Assembly: GCA_030141605.1 (NCBI GenBank)
Contig: JAQGDQ010000288.1
Location: 194,621 to 258,620 of the forward strand
DNA length: 64,000 nucleotides
Direction: 5' to 3'
DNA from: Tubiluchus corallicola
Taxonomy: Eukaryota > Animalia > Priapulida
This document shows, in pieces, positions 1 through 12,965 of this stretch. Positions within the stretch are counted from its first letter, which is position 1. Each line of letters starts with the position of its first letter. The notes beneath the pieces were generated by a model that was not told the origin of the DNA, did no database searches, and saw only the letters and a list, made by a program, of their open reading frames with translations. A program made the translations under genes and the position numbers.

Positions 1-179
1 GTTAAGAAGTTGCGCACAAGAAGAATTATTTAACTCATTTTACTGTAACATATTTTGCTTTAGACTTAAAAAGTTAAGTGCAACACAGGTGCACTATGAC
101 ACAACAAATTTAGCTGTAATCAGTTGGCATGATAATCTTTGGCAGAAGTGTGTTAACGTGTACATTGGAGCTAGGGTAC

Positions 180-3100
180 CTTGCTGTACTTTGTCTGCTC
201 AGTGAATCCTCATGGTTAAATGATTTAAACAGGCTAAGACTTATACTCTACAAATCTTGAGCCATTAGAAGTTTGTGGCAAGCAATAATATAACATGAAA
301 CATTGTATTCAACATGTACATAATAATGTAACATTTGAGCAGGCTGGCCTAATAACAAAAATGCAATCTCTCATTTTTGACAAAAAAACAAACGTAAACC
401 ATACAGGCCAAATTATAATAATCAACTATTTCTTAATTTGTAAAACAAATAGTCATATGGTTTGATAGTCTAAATTCAATTGTTCCTAATTTTCCTAAAC
501 TAATAAATTTACTTTAGTTTAATGTGATTCCATTTTTTATGTTTCATGCAATATTGAAGGAAACAAGGACTATATTTTGGACAACAGCTTGTTTTGAAAA
601 ACAGTCTAAAATAAACATTCTATTACTTATAATAACTGCAAAAGTGAATCTTATATTTAAGTATCGGTCTAGAAACATAACAGTCAGCCAACGTAGTTTA
701 TGATGACATCGCTGTTGGGAGTAATTTTACATTTGCTGAAATGTTTTATGCATATATCACATGTTTGTAATAGAAAAAAACTGCAGTATAGTGGTGCTAT
801 ATTACGTTAATAGTGCAACACAAAAATCAACAAATTCACAATTTCAAATTTATCATTAAATTATCAAATGATTTCATGAGCCTACTGTGACAATAAGACT
901 GCGTGTGCAAGACACATGTCGTGATTCGCAAAAGCTATCATCAAAGCAGGAATGACCATGAGTGAATAACACTAAAACAACAAACATTAATTAAGGTTAG
1001 ACTTCTGAGGTAATAATACTCAATGTAAATTAGCTTTAGAAGAAATCATTTTCAACTATCGTCTAAAATTTATTACTATTTTCCTTTAATTTTAGTTTAA
1101 TTTATTTACCGCACTCATTTGGTGGCACCGTCCCTTCTTGAACCGCTGGCAAGCATAAACAACTTTACTCTGCAAAACAAAAACAGTGAAATCAATCTAT
1201 GTGGAAAATTTACATGATTTTACATGTTAAATGCACGTGCACTTAGCTTACTTATTACACGGAAGGGCAGCACTCATAATTATAACTCTTTACATGCAAA
1301 TAAATGTAGGGACATTCGCACATGACATATAATTCAAAGATAGTTAAACTACTAAAGTAAACACATCTATCAACAACTATGATAGATCCATAAATGATGA
1401 CGTTTATAAAAACATAAGTTTGTTGTGAAAATTGATTTAGCATGCCAGCAATCTTGTACTTACACCAAATATGAGAACTCTTAGGATGCTTTTAATGTAT
1501 TCAATTAGTCAGCCAATGCTGGTAAACCTAGAATGCCCCACAGTACAAAAGATGGCATGAGCTCACATAGTTTGCACTTGTTAGTCGCATAACGTTAACA
1601 TTACTATAAACGTTAAGTATTTAATTTTGAAGGCATACTTTCAAGAGTATAAAACATGTTTAGAATGTTTAGAATATATAAGCATTGCTTATGGATAACA
1701 CGTATGGCCAACAAAATGATCAATTATTGTATGCTGACAAAAAAACAATACCTGAGAAGCTGTGACAGGAATACAGGGAGATACCGTCGTAGTGTCTCGT
1801 CTCATCAACTCACCTAATGCCATTTCAATCTCTCCTCGATATTGGCTATAAAGTAAAGCTAATTTACTGTAGGGCAAAATTATAGGAGTTGCAAAATTAT
1901 AACTGAACATAAGTCCAAACGGACCAACTTTTCATTCTTACACTGCTATTTTAATTTATTCCTGTTCAACATTCTCCAGTTAACTACGTGCGCAGCAAAG
2001 TATGCAATAATGTGACTCACAAAAATAACATAGAATACTTCTTAGAATTGTGCTTTATAAAAATTTGCACGTGATTTAAATTATCTGGTTAAGATCAAAA
2101 CGTTTAATTAAATTCAAATCCAAATTGGGGCAAGTAGGAGCTTTGGCTTCTGGTACTGTGTTGCCAGCTGATGTAATTTCGGTATTCAATTCATATCTAA
2201 AATGAAATTGGTGAAATCTCTCAAATGCAAGACACGTAGATTAAAAGACAAATTTCACTAAATGACGATGTATGATTTTGTTTGTTCTCTAATACCATTC
2301 AAAATTGTTCTCACTGCAGAATCCTTGAAGTTCACAATTTAAATGCTATGAGCTCTGCAGGGTATTATTATTATCCATTCGTGAAAATTGTTTACAAATG
2401 ATGATTTACTTATTTGACAATACATTTAGTCATAGAATTATTAAGCAATATTGAAACAACCATTTAATCTCCATTCTCCAGTGGTATATAAAAAACATGC
2501 TTGCTAACTTTAAATATGCAGGGGCAAGATAATCAAATAAAAACTAGGTTGAATTTAATTGTTACAGTATTCTTTCAAATGATTTGACTTTAAACACTTC
2601 AGACTATTTTATAAACCCTTTTTGAAAAATCATTTTTATAGTGAAGTATTCAAATAACATTAATGTCGAAGCACTGAACCTACATTGCATTCGTGTTGTT
2701 ATGAAACAATACTTGCATCACAGGTCCTTGCTCTGTACTTTTCCAAGAATCCACCACATCCAACAGGTTAGCTAATTGCCGCAACTCTTCATCTGATGTT
2801 TTAATGAAAGGAAAATAGCATGATTTTGATGATTTTTCTCATCTTACATCAATGTGAAATATGGCAAAAAGCATACATTTCAACACCTTAGAATAATATA
2901 CAAAACATTTTTGTTAATTATATAATAGGTTAAAAACTTGATTAATGGCCAGTGATAAGCCTAGTTAGTGATGATGTCATAAGTGAAAATAATTTTAAAC
3001 AGCAGAAATATTTCACATGTGCACTGCACGTGTTTGTGAAAGCAAAGATTAAAATACAGTGCTACTGTACAATGTTCATAATTACTCAGCAAACCTCAAG

Positions 3101-4555
3101 TTTAAAAATTTAACTTTTAAGGCTATCTCTGTGCTCTCTCAAGAGCTCTCGAATGTGAGTGCCATACTGCAAATAAACATATTTGAAATGGAAGATACAG
3201 TGCCTGTTTTTGCGCAACGAGATTGCAACATACAGGTGCTTGTACCCACCTAACTAGCTAATGGCAAAATGCATACTAATGGAGAACTAACTGTGTGAAG
3301 GCAAAATTAATTTTTTGTTTCACATTGTTCATTCTTAAAAAACAGTATGTTCTCCTTCAATATTTTATAAATTATATTGTTTTGAGCTATTTATATGTCT
3401 GGTTTTCCTTTAAAGACAAAAATATAAAATCTGACACGTCAACAAATGATATCCATGGTTTTGGCACTGTAGAAACTAGAGTATTCAGTACTAGTATTCT
3501 TTTACTACATTATTCTTGCCCACAAGTGTCACAAGGCCTACAGCCCCAGACTTTTTTTTAGAATAGTTACAACTGTTGCGGAGCATGACGGCAAACAAGT
3601 TTTCCAGTTTACGAATTTTAAACTACAAATAGTAAGTTACTTTTGTTGCACCAAATAATTGAAAATGTACGAAGTACAAAATATGTATGTAGTGTGTTTG
3701 TAAAATAGTCCTAGTCCTAAAGTAGTTACACGTATGAACAAAATTAACGAAACTCCATTTGGCAAACAAAAAGATACTCTCCCGATGCACAGACAACAAA
3801 ACTTCTTTGTGGGCATCTAGTTCTAATTTTAATGACTCTGTTAGAGATAGTTCGAAATTATCACCCTTCTGCTTTTTGAGCTCAGATAGCTTTTGTTTCA
3901 GCCTCGTGTCGACATCTGTGATGCAACTTGAAGACTTTTTGCTGTTTGGTTGATTGCACAAGTTGACCAAGGGCACATGGGCAGTAAAGCGTGAGTCACT
4001 ATCTGCAAAAGTGCCATGACTATAAGTGGCAGGTATCAACTCTTCTCGGTTTTCATCAAGTAATGCCTCATCTTTGCTCTTCTGCTGCACATTTTGTTCT
4101 TTCAAACTGTTCAACTTTTTGCCTCTAGTTCGCTCCTTAATTAGACTGTCAACTATATTAGATTTGTTTATAGCATTGTTTAAGCAAACTTTGTTAACCA
4201 TTGGAAGGCAATGTCTTTCAATGACACTGGTTTTCCCTTTTGTAGTTCTGCCGTCCGAAATTTTGCCAGCAGTTGTGCACGCATTATCAGACAAAATCTC
4301 TATGGAACTATCGTGAGAACTAGCCGCCTTTATACATGTTTCTATGGTAACACTATCAGTTTCACTATCACTACTGTTGGACTCGAGTAAAACAACATCG
4401 TTTTTGTTCTTTGCACATTGCACTGCGACGCTAGGAATCTTCACCGCTGTTTCATTATGATCATGTAATTTGTCATGCAAAAAAGCATTTTCTGCATGTC
4501 TAGGAGCATCAAAACCCTCAAATAACAAATCATCTCCAAAAACATCTTCAGCCAT
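180..4555 (-). CDS. ZCCHC8: ZCCHC8-like NEXT complex scaffold protein, 5' part; the gene continues off the left edge
   Basis: N-terminus MAEDVFGDDLLFEGFD resembles vertebrate ZCCHC8 (MAAEVYFGDLELFEPFD). Phase-compatible GT-AG exons: 3865-4555, 2684-2792 (DEELRQL...GPVMQVLFHNNTNA, cf. GPILQILFMNN), 1752-1845 (QYRGEIEMALGEL, cf. QYHQEIEEFVSNL), 1110-1169, and tentatively 886-971 and 180-233. The zinc knuckle and PSP domain are not in the window. Confidence 0.8.
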
Positions 4556-4856
4556 TTCTAATACAAGACGAAGTTGACCCTTGATTCAATATATCATTCG
4601 CAATGTTCTATTTGATTTTATATATGGACATAGATATAAATATAGAGAATTTCTATTTATCTCCTCAAATACACATTATACAGGGAAAAGCAAAAGATAA
4701 TTCGGTACATAAAATAATTCGGGAGCCGTGCAAGTAAGAAAATACGTCAGAAGATGTGTTACAGGGAGTGTAGGAGAAAGGATAGCGAGAGACCTTACTA
4801 TGGCAACCATCCCAGTGTCAAAATTCAAGATTAAGACTTTTTATTTAGCCAACAAA

Positions 4857-6500
4857 ATAATAGAATAGAATAAACTTATTTTGCAACAACAAATGCAACG
4901 ACACAACAATAACAATCATAAGAAAGTTGCTGTAAGGAGATAGAAGGAGCAAGTGCTTTCTGGTCTTCCTCCTATAGGTGAACACCATAATTGAAAACAC
5001 CATTGAAAAAACAAAGTTGCAAATTTCGGGAAACCTATGAAATTTTAAGGAGCACCTACTACTGCATCACTCAAGGGAAACACTTCAGCAATTGAAAAGC
5101 TCTAAACATAATTCTGTTGAAATAACAATAATTCTTAAAACAGATACATCTAGAAAACATTTACTCAGCATTATGAATAATTACCAAAAAAAAATTGTTT
5201 AACTGATTTTTTAAATTTATTTAAATTTAAATTAAACATTTTAAATTCTTTGAGGATGTTCATCCAAAGTCATATAGCATTATGTTTAGATGTTTGCTTA
5301 GTTGAGTGCTGTGGCATAAAATAATTAATGAGTGCAAGTCTGGTATAGTGATAATGAGTATGGAGAACTAGAGTAAAATGTTTAGAAAAGATAAGAGGTA
5401 ATAATTTGTGATGAAATATGTAAATAAACATGAAGGAGCGTAAGTTATATATTTCTTTAATTTTAAAGTGTAAGCCTGCTTATATATTACATTATTTTCA
5501 TAATTAGATCATAAGGAACTGTAAACGATTACTTTAAGAGTTTTATTTTGGGTTCTTCTAATTGAAGTTGAGCTAAGTTATCTTTGTAATCTCCACCGCA
5601 CAACATAATACCATAAATTAAGTACAAATGGACTAAACTGTAATAAATTTCTATGAGTATTTGAGGTTAGTAATTTTGTGGAGCTTATATGTATTGCCTA
5701 TAATTTTACTTATTTCCTGTTTAACATTATCTACATTAAATTTTCTGTTTAGATGTTCTTCAGTTGATACACTTAAATACTTGTCCACATTTTTTCTTTC
5801 AAGTTGGACGTCATTAAGTCTTATTTCGAAATTGGCATTTTGTTGATTTATTATTTGACCGAAAAAGAATTAATGTAATTAAATTTCTTAATATTAAGAG
5901 ACAATTTAGTAAGTGCAAGCTATTCAGTAACATATTTAAGTTCTTGATTCAGCATAAACTCAAAATTTATTATTTTTTTCTTCAAAGAAATGTAACAAAA
6001 GTTTATTACTACAGGGGCATAATTACGTCATTTATATCCAAAAAAATAAAAGTAGACCTAATGTTGATCCCTAAGACACCGACTGTTATTGGAAGTTTGG
6101 AATATTGACATCTGTCTACTTCAACATATTAACTGCAAACAGTTAAATAGCTTTTGAACTAAGAATGAGAGACGTAGAGCTGTAATACAATAAAAGTTTA
6201 ATTTGTCAAGAAGGATATCATGATTATAACTGTATCAAATGCTATTGACAAGTCAATGAAAAGGCCACATATGTGATTCTATTATCAATTAACTGCACTA
6301 TTTTGTCTGATATTTCAAGAAGAGCCAATTAAGTCGAATGATTTTTTCGAATACCAAATTGAAAGTCCTACTAGAATTTTATTTTGAAGAGGAAAAGAAG
6401 TAAGTTGGTAAAAAACAATTTTTCTAGAATTTTTGAGAGTACACTAAGTAAAGAGATAGGTCGGTAATTAGAAACCAACAAAGATGAACCAGATTCAAAC
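4857..6500 (-). mobile_element. Decayed non-LTR retrotransposon (CR1/L2-like LINE): RT region and 3' end
   Basis: Minus-strand translation gives RT motifs NYRPISLLSVLSKILEK (~6420-6470), QFGIRKNHST (~6330-6360) and GLFIDLSIAFDTV..HDILLDKL (~6200-6265), with stops and frameshifts. A short (TTCTA)n tail lies near 4857-4872. Confidence 0.75.
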
Positions 6501-6967
6501 ACTTTGAGATTTTAAGTGAGTCAAGAAAAGTCCCGATGTTAAAGAGAAATTGTAAATAGCAGTTAACAGCTTTGCAATTAACAATAATAATAAACATTCA
6601 AACAAATACAGATTTGTGCATTTTTGCAACAACTAGGATTCTACCTTAATTTTAATTACATGTATCAAAGCTGTGTGACTGAGGAAACCTCAATACAGCC
6701 GCATCAGAAGACTGGGTTTTTCAAATTTGAAACCATGGCTAAGTTAGCTACAAATCTGTGCGCCTTCAACAATTTCAACTACGATTTAGACTTCTAGTAA
6801 CCGATATGGCTATTAAAAGAGCCAGTGATTTTCGTAATGTGATTATGCTCTTTTTCATCTCATAATATCACCGGTTACTGACAGAACTTCTTGCTATCAG
6901 GCAAAAATGGCTTAGATTCTGAGAGCAGATTTACAGTTCCAAAATTGTTCAGAACTTTAGGTGACTA

Positions 6968-9310
6968 ATGGTCATTTTTCGTCTGTGTCGGAGACTAACA
7001 GTGATACCCTATGTAAATTCATGTAACCGAATTTACAAAATCTGTTTTCGTTTGCTCAGTGAGTATTATGCGTTTTTGAATGTTGGAGAATTCCGTCGCA
7101 TAGAAAGAAGATCTGTCATGGCTTCTAAAAGTATACTGAAAAACAGGCTTGGTGACGAAAAATCACCTTATTTACTACAGCATGCATCTAATCCAGTGGA
7201 CTGGTATCCATGGTGTCAAGATGCTTTTGATAAAGCCAAGCAAGAAAATAAACTGATCTTTCTTTCAGTGGGTTATTCAACATGCCACTGGTGTCATGTC
7301 ATGGAACGTGAATCTTTTGAAAATCCTGAAATAGGAAAACTTATGAGTGACAACTTTGTTTGCATCAAAGTTGATCGGGAAGAAAGACCCGATGTTGATC
7401 GAGTCTACATGACATTTATTCAGGCAACAACTGGCCATGGTGGTTGGCCAATGAGTGTTTGGCTGACTCCCGATCTAAAGCCTATCATTGGTGGTACCTA
7501 TTTTCCTCCAAATGATCGCTATTTTGGACAGCCAGGCTTCAGAACTATTCTAACTCGAATAATTGAGCAATGGAAAGACAAAAAAGATAAGCTTGAAAAG
7601 CAAGGCACAGCTATAACAAATGCATTAATTCGAGGAACCAAAGTGAGTGCCCCTGAAGAAAGTGATGAAGAACGTCCAGGAGAAGAAACTGTGCAGAAGT
7701 GTCTTGGTATGTTGGAACAGGCTTATGACAGTACACTAGGAGGTTTTGGATCTGAGCCAAAATTCCCTCAACCAGTCAATTTCAACTTCCTGTTTCACAA
7801 CTTTAGTCGTGATTCGGACTCGCCAAAAGGAAAGGCGTCTTTGGACATGTGTCTACACACATTGTCGATGATGGCAAAGGGTGGGATACATGATCATGTT
7901 GGGCAAGGATTTCACAGGTATTCAACTGACAAATACTGGCACGTGCCCCATTTTGAGAAAATGCTGTACGACCAAGCACAGCTTGTTGTTGCATACTGCA
8001 CTGCATATCAGACATCAAAAATTGAAGTTTTTGCTGAAGTTGCAAGGGACATCCTCGAGTATGTTTCCCGAGATCTTAGTCATCCAGCAGGAGGATTCTA
8101 CAGTGCTCAAGATGCTGATTCATGTCCCACAATAGATTCTAGTGTAAAAAAAGAAGGTGCATTTTGTGTATGGACTGAACAGGAAATAAAAGATTTACTT
8201 CCTGATATAGTCTCAGGAAGTAATGCTAAAGAAGCTGATGTATTTATCTATCACTTCAGTGTAAGCAAAGATGGAAACGTCGATCCTTACCAGGATCCCC
8301 ATGATGAATTAAAAGGCAAGAATGTGCTCATCATAAGAGGCAGCGTGGAAGAGACTGCTGCCTTTTTTCATCTAGATGCCGAAAAAACTAAGCATGTGTT
8401 GCAAAAAGGAAAGGAAACTTTATGGAAAGCCAGACAGAAAAGGCCACAACCTCATCTAGATGACAAAATGCTGTCAAGCTGGAATGGCTTGATGATGTCG
8501 GGATTTGCTTGTGCTGGACAGACATTGGGAGATGTACATTACATTAACAGAGCTACTCAATGTGCGGAGTTTATTTATGATAACTTGTACAACCAGGAGA
8601 CTGGCATGCTACTGAGAAGCTGCTATAATGATAACGGACATGTGGGACAAACATCAGCACCAATCAATGGCTTTGTCGATGATTATGCATTCTTGATTCG
8701 AGGGTTGTTAGACTTGTATGAAGCCTCTTTTAGTCAGCGATGGCTCGAATGGGCAGAACAACTACAGCAAAAACAAGATGAACTTTTTTGGGATGTAGAA
8801 GCGTACGGATACTTTAACAATCCACCTGACCCCGCAATTCTCTTTCGCTTAAAGGATGACCAAGACGGTGCTGAGCCGTGCGCTAATTCAGTCAGCATTA
8901 GTAACCTTGTACGATTATCAGTTTTCCTGGATGAAAACCAATATGTCGACACAGCTGAGAAATTGATAAGGACATTTGCAGAGCGAATAATGAAAATACC
9001 GATGGTGATGCCACAAATGGTGTGTGGAATTATGTTGCTCGTGGATTCTTGCAAGCAAGTTATCATAGTTGGAGAAAAGAATGATGAAGAAACCCAGCAG
9101 TTGATTCAAGCCACGAACAGCATGTTTTTACCGAACAAGGTCTTGATACAGTATGACGAAGACAAATCTTGTTTTTTGGCAAGAAGGTTAAAGGTACTAA
9201 CTTCTTTGACCAAAATTCACGGAAAGGCTACTGCTTATGTTTGCCAACATAACACTTGTTCTCTTCCTGTGACTAATCCACAAGCATTGAAAGATTTGTT
9301 AAAAGATTAA
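6968..9310 (+). CDS. SPATA20: SPATA20 / Ssp411-like protein (thioredoxin-like domain plus alpha/alpha-barrel), intronless CDS
   Basis: 780-aa ORF with family motifs [91 protein letters not shown] and TAYVC...CSLP. A second in-frame ATG is at 7118. Confidence 0.95.
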   Translation: MVIFRLCRRLTVIPYVNSCNRIYKICFRLLSEYYAFLNVGEFRRIERRSVMASKSILKNRLGDEKSPYLLQHASNPVDWYPWCQDAFDKAKQENKLIFLSVGYSTCHWCHVMERESFENPEIGKLMSDNFVCIKVDREERPDVDRVYMTFIQATTGHGGWPMSVWLTPDLKPIIGGTYFPPNDRYFGQPGFRTILTRIIEQWKDKKDKLEKQGTAITNALIRGTKVSAPEESDEERPGEETVQKCLGMLEQAYDSTLGGFGSEPKFPQPVNFNFLFHNFSRDSDSPKGKASLDMCLHTLSMMAKGGIHDHVGQGFHRYSTDKYWHVPHFEKMLYDQAQLVVAYCTAYQTSKIEVFAEVARDILEYVSRDLSHPAGGFYSAQDADSCPTIDSSVKKEGAFCVWTEQEIKDLLPDIVSGSNAKEADVFIYHFSVSKDGNVDPYQDPHDELKGKNVLIIRGSVEETAAFFHLDAEKTKHVLQKGKETLWKARQKRPQPHLDDKMLSSWNGLMMSGFACAGQTLGDVHYINRATQCAEFIYDNLYNQETGMLLRSCYNDNGHVGQTSAPINGFVDDYAFLIRGLLDLYEASFSQRWLEWAEQLQQKQDELFWDVEAYGYFNNPPDPAILFRLKDDQDGAEPCANSVSISNLVRLSVFLDENQYVDTAEKLIRTFAERIMKIPMVMPQMVCGIMLLVDSCKQVIIVGEKNDEETQQLIQATNSMFLPNKVLIQYDEDKSCFLARRLKVLTSLTKIHGKATAYVCQHNTCSLPVTNPQALKDLLKD

Positions 9311-10657
9311 GGAAAACTAATTAAATCTATTTTCTGTACCTATTTTATTTGTTTTGTTTGTACAAGTATTTTTATTTAGCCTCTACTGCTAATTATATTT
9401 TCTTTACGGGTATTCTAATGTAAACCCTAAATTTTACTCCTCAAGATTTACTCTCTATTTTAAAAACTTTAATGAGGTAAATGATATTTATAGTATTGGG
9501 AAATTTTATATCATCAATCTCATTGCTAGTATATTTTTTGACTATATCTAACTACATTGTATAGAAAATAAGTGTAGTACTATATAAAAGTAAATTGAAC
9601 CCAGTAGCTGCATAATATATTATAAGTTATTAGAACTTTTGTCACAGTACAAAAATTAATGTTACATTAAAATTATTTATTGTTTGTAAATTGTAACTGC
9701 ATCAAGTGACACGTATATTAATAGTATTAAATTTTAAATTTCAGTATATTATGTACCTTCTTTTTGCTCAACATCAAACCACATGCAAAATGAATGTGAA
9801 GTGAAGTTCAAGCTGTTTAATGACGTTAATGAATTACATATTTTTGTCTTTTTACAAAATCTAGAAATCATCATGTTTAATGTTCTCGGTACAATTAAAC
9901 AATAATCACTTTTATTAACAAACACTACTATAGTTCACTCTGTGTCACAGAAAGTTACGTAAATATCTATTTATGATGACTTTCAACTGACAATTAGTTT
10001 TTCAACTAGAATGGTATATTTGTTCATATATAGGAACATCGTTGTATGGTAGCTAAATTTGCTAGAATACTCAGTTAGTTACTTCTACGAGAATGTTAAC
10101 TTTAATTAAGTTATCACTAGCATAATATTGAATATTGCTTGTTTTAATTATGTGATCACATACCATGTGGTGACATATTGTGGTGCCATGTAAAAATTGA
10201 ATACAAAAGGTAATGTGCTGTTTTTGATTAAAAAAACTTCATTGTTTGTTTGTGTAATTGCTGTTAAGCAATCGTTTAGAAACTTGCATTTGTAACGCTA
10301 TACCTAGTAATAATTTTTTACTGTATGCTACACTACATTGATTTTCTAATAATGCTGCTGATAGGTAGCAGCACCTGGTTAGCTGTAACTTCTTATGTGT
10401 TTAAAAAAAATTAAAATAAAAAATGTTTAATACTGCATAAACAGCTAGAACAAATATGCATCTTAATAGATGTATTGTTTATTTTGCTGCTAATTTTGAT
10501 ACTAATAATTTATTAGTGCCAGAAAACAGACTATAGGCCTACAAACCAAGGAACAAAGATTAGTGTGCACACAATTTCGCCATAGAACTGTGGTGATACT
10601 ATAATCATAGGACAACAGGAATAGTAAATAACGTTATTTGGTGCGAAAACAATTGCC

Positions 10658-11067
10658 CAGGGGCGTATTAACCAATAGGCTAACTAGGCTATAGCCTAAG
10701 GCGCTAAAATTTGAAGGGCATCACATTTTAGGAAAAAATCTTATTCTCCTCGGAAAATGTGTATACTTCCGTATTCATGCAAAGGGGGCATTTTATGGCA
10801 CATCACAGGCAGTTAGTGTGTACAATTTTTATATAAATGCCATATGTAAGTGCCAAGTATTACACGACAAGCAGTTGTGCAGCTTGAATATAAGGGCTAT
10901 GCAAATGCTATGTAATTAATAATGTAGAAAATAGCTTAACAGTGTTTCTAATATACCACAAATAATTATTTGTTCCGCTCATTACATAAGCAACCATAAA
11001 TTCACACTAGAGATGGGCGGGACAAACCTATCAGCCTAGGATATAGTAAAATTTTTATACGCCTCTG
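10658..11067. mobile_element. hAT-type MITE
   Basis: Termini CAGGGGCGTA / TACGCCTCTG form inverted repeats. Flanks caattgcc / catttacc match at 6/8, a degenerate 8-bp TSD. Confidence 0.6.
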
Positions 11068-12965
11068 CATTTACCACACCGTACCGCACTTTCTTCAAAA
11101 TAGTTGAGCAGGTAACACTAAATGGATCATACGGCCATGAACTTTTTTACACTTAATTAGCTAGGATTTTAAAAACATCCAGAATCTGTGTGATAAATTG
11201 TAGCTTTTAAGGAAATAGGTCTAAGTGACTAATTACAGTGTAAACAAAGGTCGGTTCACACTTAAATTGTTTATCGATGCATTCAAACATCTAAAGCTTT
11301 TGATCGCTTTGCTTTCCATACTGGCGATACTGGTATTCACATGTCACACGATTAGGCAAATAGAGAATCAGAAAATTTCCGATTTTTTCACGACTACCCA
11401 TGCAGCAATAGTCTTTATTTCACACAGAAACCGCGCGGTTTTTTACCCGCGACCAGCTGATTTCACCATTCAATTCCTTTACAAGTTGTAATTTACAATA
11501 ATTACAATTAATCGGCTTATTTTTAGAGTAATGAATAACTGCTTCCCCTTTTAAGAACATACATGTATGTATATTGTATTTCACATATATGATCTGTAAT
11601 TGTATATCATACGTTATTTATTTATTTATTTTCACTAAGATATCCATCACGCCCTAATAAAACAAAAATGGTTTGCATGATAAAAGATAGATTAAAAATT
11701 TACAATTTTACTGCAATACGTTAATTGTTGTTCCTTGAACAAGAAAGAAGTAGGCCTCATTAGTCATTAAACAGTTAAGCTTTGGTGTAAATTCCGCGAG
11801 GAACAAGCATCATTTCTATCAACCAGCAAAACTCCTCATGAAGGGACGTATAGTTTCTAGCTGGCGGCAGACTTCTTCACGAAGCGTCTATATGAAATGT
11901 GCAATAGAAAGCAATGTGCTCCGTTTTCGCATAGAAAACTGCAAGGAAATTTTCCTCAGAGAATTTTATAACGCGTCTGCTTCGCGCGTGTGAAATGGGC
12001 CTTAGGCCTACTTGTGACAACTTTCAAATTTGTCACATGTTTGACATCTATTTTGGTAGAGGCATACTGCTCCTCGAAAATTTTTAATGTTTGTAATGGT
12101 GTATGACTGGGATAGTTTTCCTCCCTCGTCGTTAATCAAAATTTTCAAGAAGCAAATACCTGATTAGCTTATAAAAAGCAAATTCTTATGGGACTTGAAC
12201 GCTACTACTGCAAGAAAATCACACTTTATCAAAAATAATCAACGCATGCAAGATTCCATTTCTGGCAACTTTTTTAGTTTTTCTTTAGTTTTTGACGAAG
12301 ATAATCCATAAGGCGAGAAAGCTCCAGACTCTATAGAACAGTTGGAAGCCTTTTTAACACGACCCCGTGCGAACCACTCCAACTGCTTGTCTGACATATT
12401 TCTCTTCATGTTTCCTGATTCTGAAACCGCGAAGGCTTGCTACTTCCGGTAGTAACATTCTCCTGATCGGGAAGAGAGACATCATCCCGAAAAACCTCCG
12501 CTTATACAAAACAGTTGATGGACACACTCAAGGCTGAACTGCAGTGGTCTAAAATTACTGTATTAATATTTGTATAGGGGCAATCAACCTGCTGCCAAAA
12601 CGATATTATTTGAATATACCGGACATGCGCGGTGAGAACTTACCAGGTTCGGGGGAACTCCCTGTTCTGGAGAAATAGCTTGAAAAAACGAGGACGGCTT
12701 CCCAACCTGCAAAGTTTGGCGAATTGTAAATTAATTTATGAAATTAAGCTGTTACAGTAAAACTGTTTGCAGTTTCGCGCCCCAGTGGGAGGTCTGTTGA
12801 AGACATATGTTTTCTAGCACCTAGCGAACTTTCGCTAAAAGGCAAGTAGTGTTTTGGCTTCTCAACAACGTGCAGTGCAAAGTGAATGTGTCTTGACACA
12901 TCAAAAATGTGAAAGCCACGATTTATTATGCTTAGCTAGAACGTGAAGCAAGTGTTCTACGTGTT

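Noticed and set aside
3623-3864. C-terminal part of the 310-aa ORF as real protein
   Set aside because: It lies past the probable donor at 3864. Splicing to 2792 restores ZCCHC8 similarity, so this is intron read-through.
7803-9109. Overlapping and antisense ORFs inside SPATA20 (and similar ones within the methyltransferase and the large DENND2 exon)
   Set aside because: They are short shadow ORFs of GC-richer coding sequence with no recognisable motifs.
11248-12002. Harbinger-type MITE (aggtcggttcacac ... gtgtgaaatgggcct)
   Set aside because: The TIR match is only partial, the TSD is unclear and the interior looks composite, so it is too weak to call.
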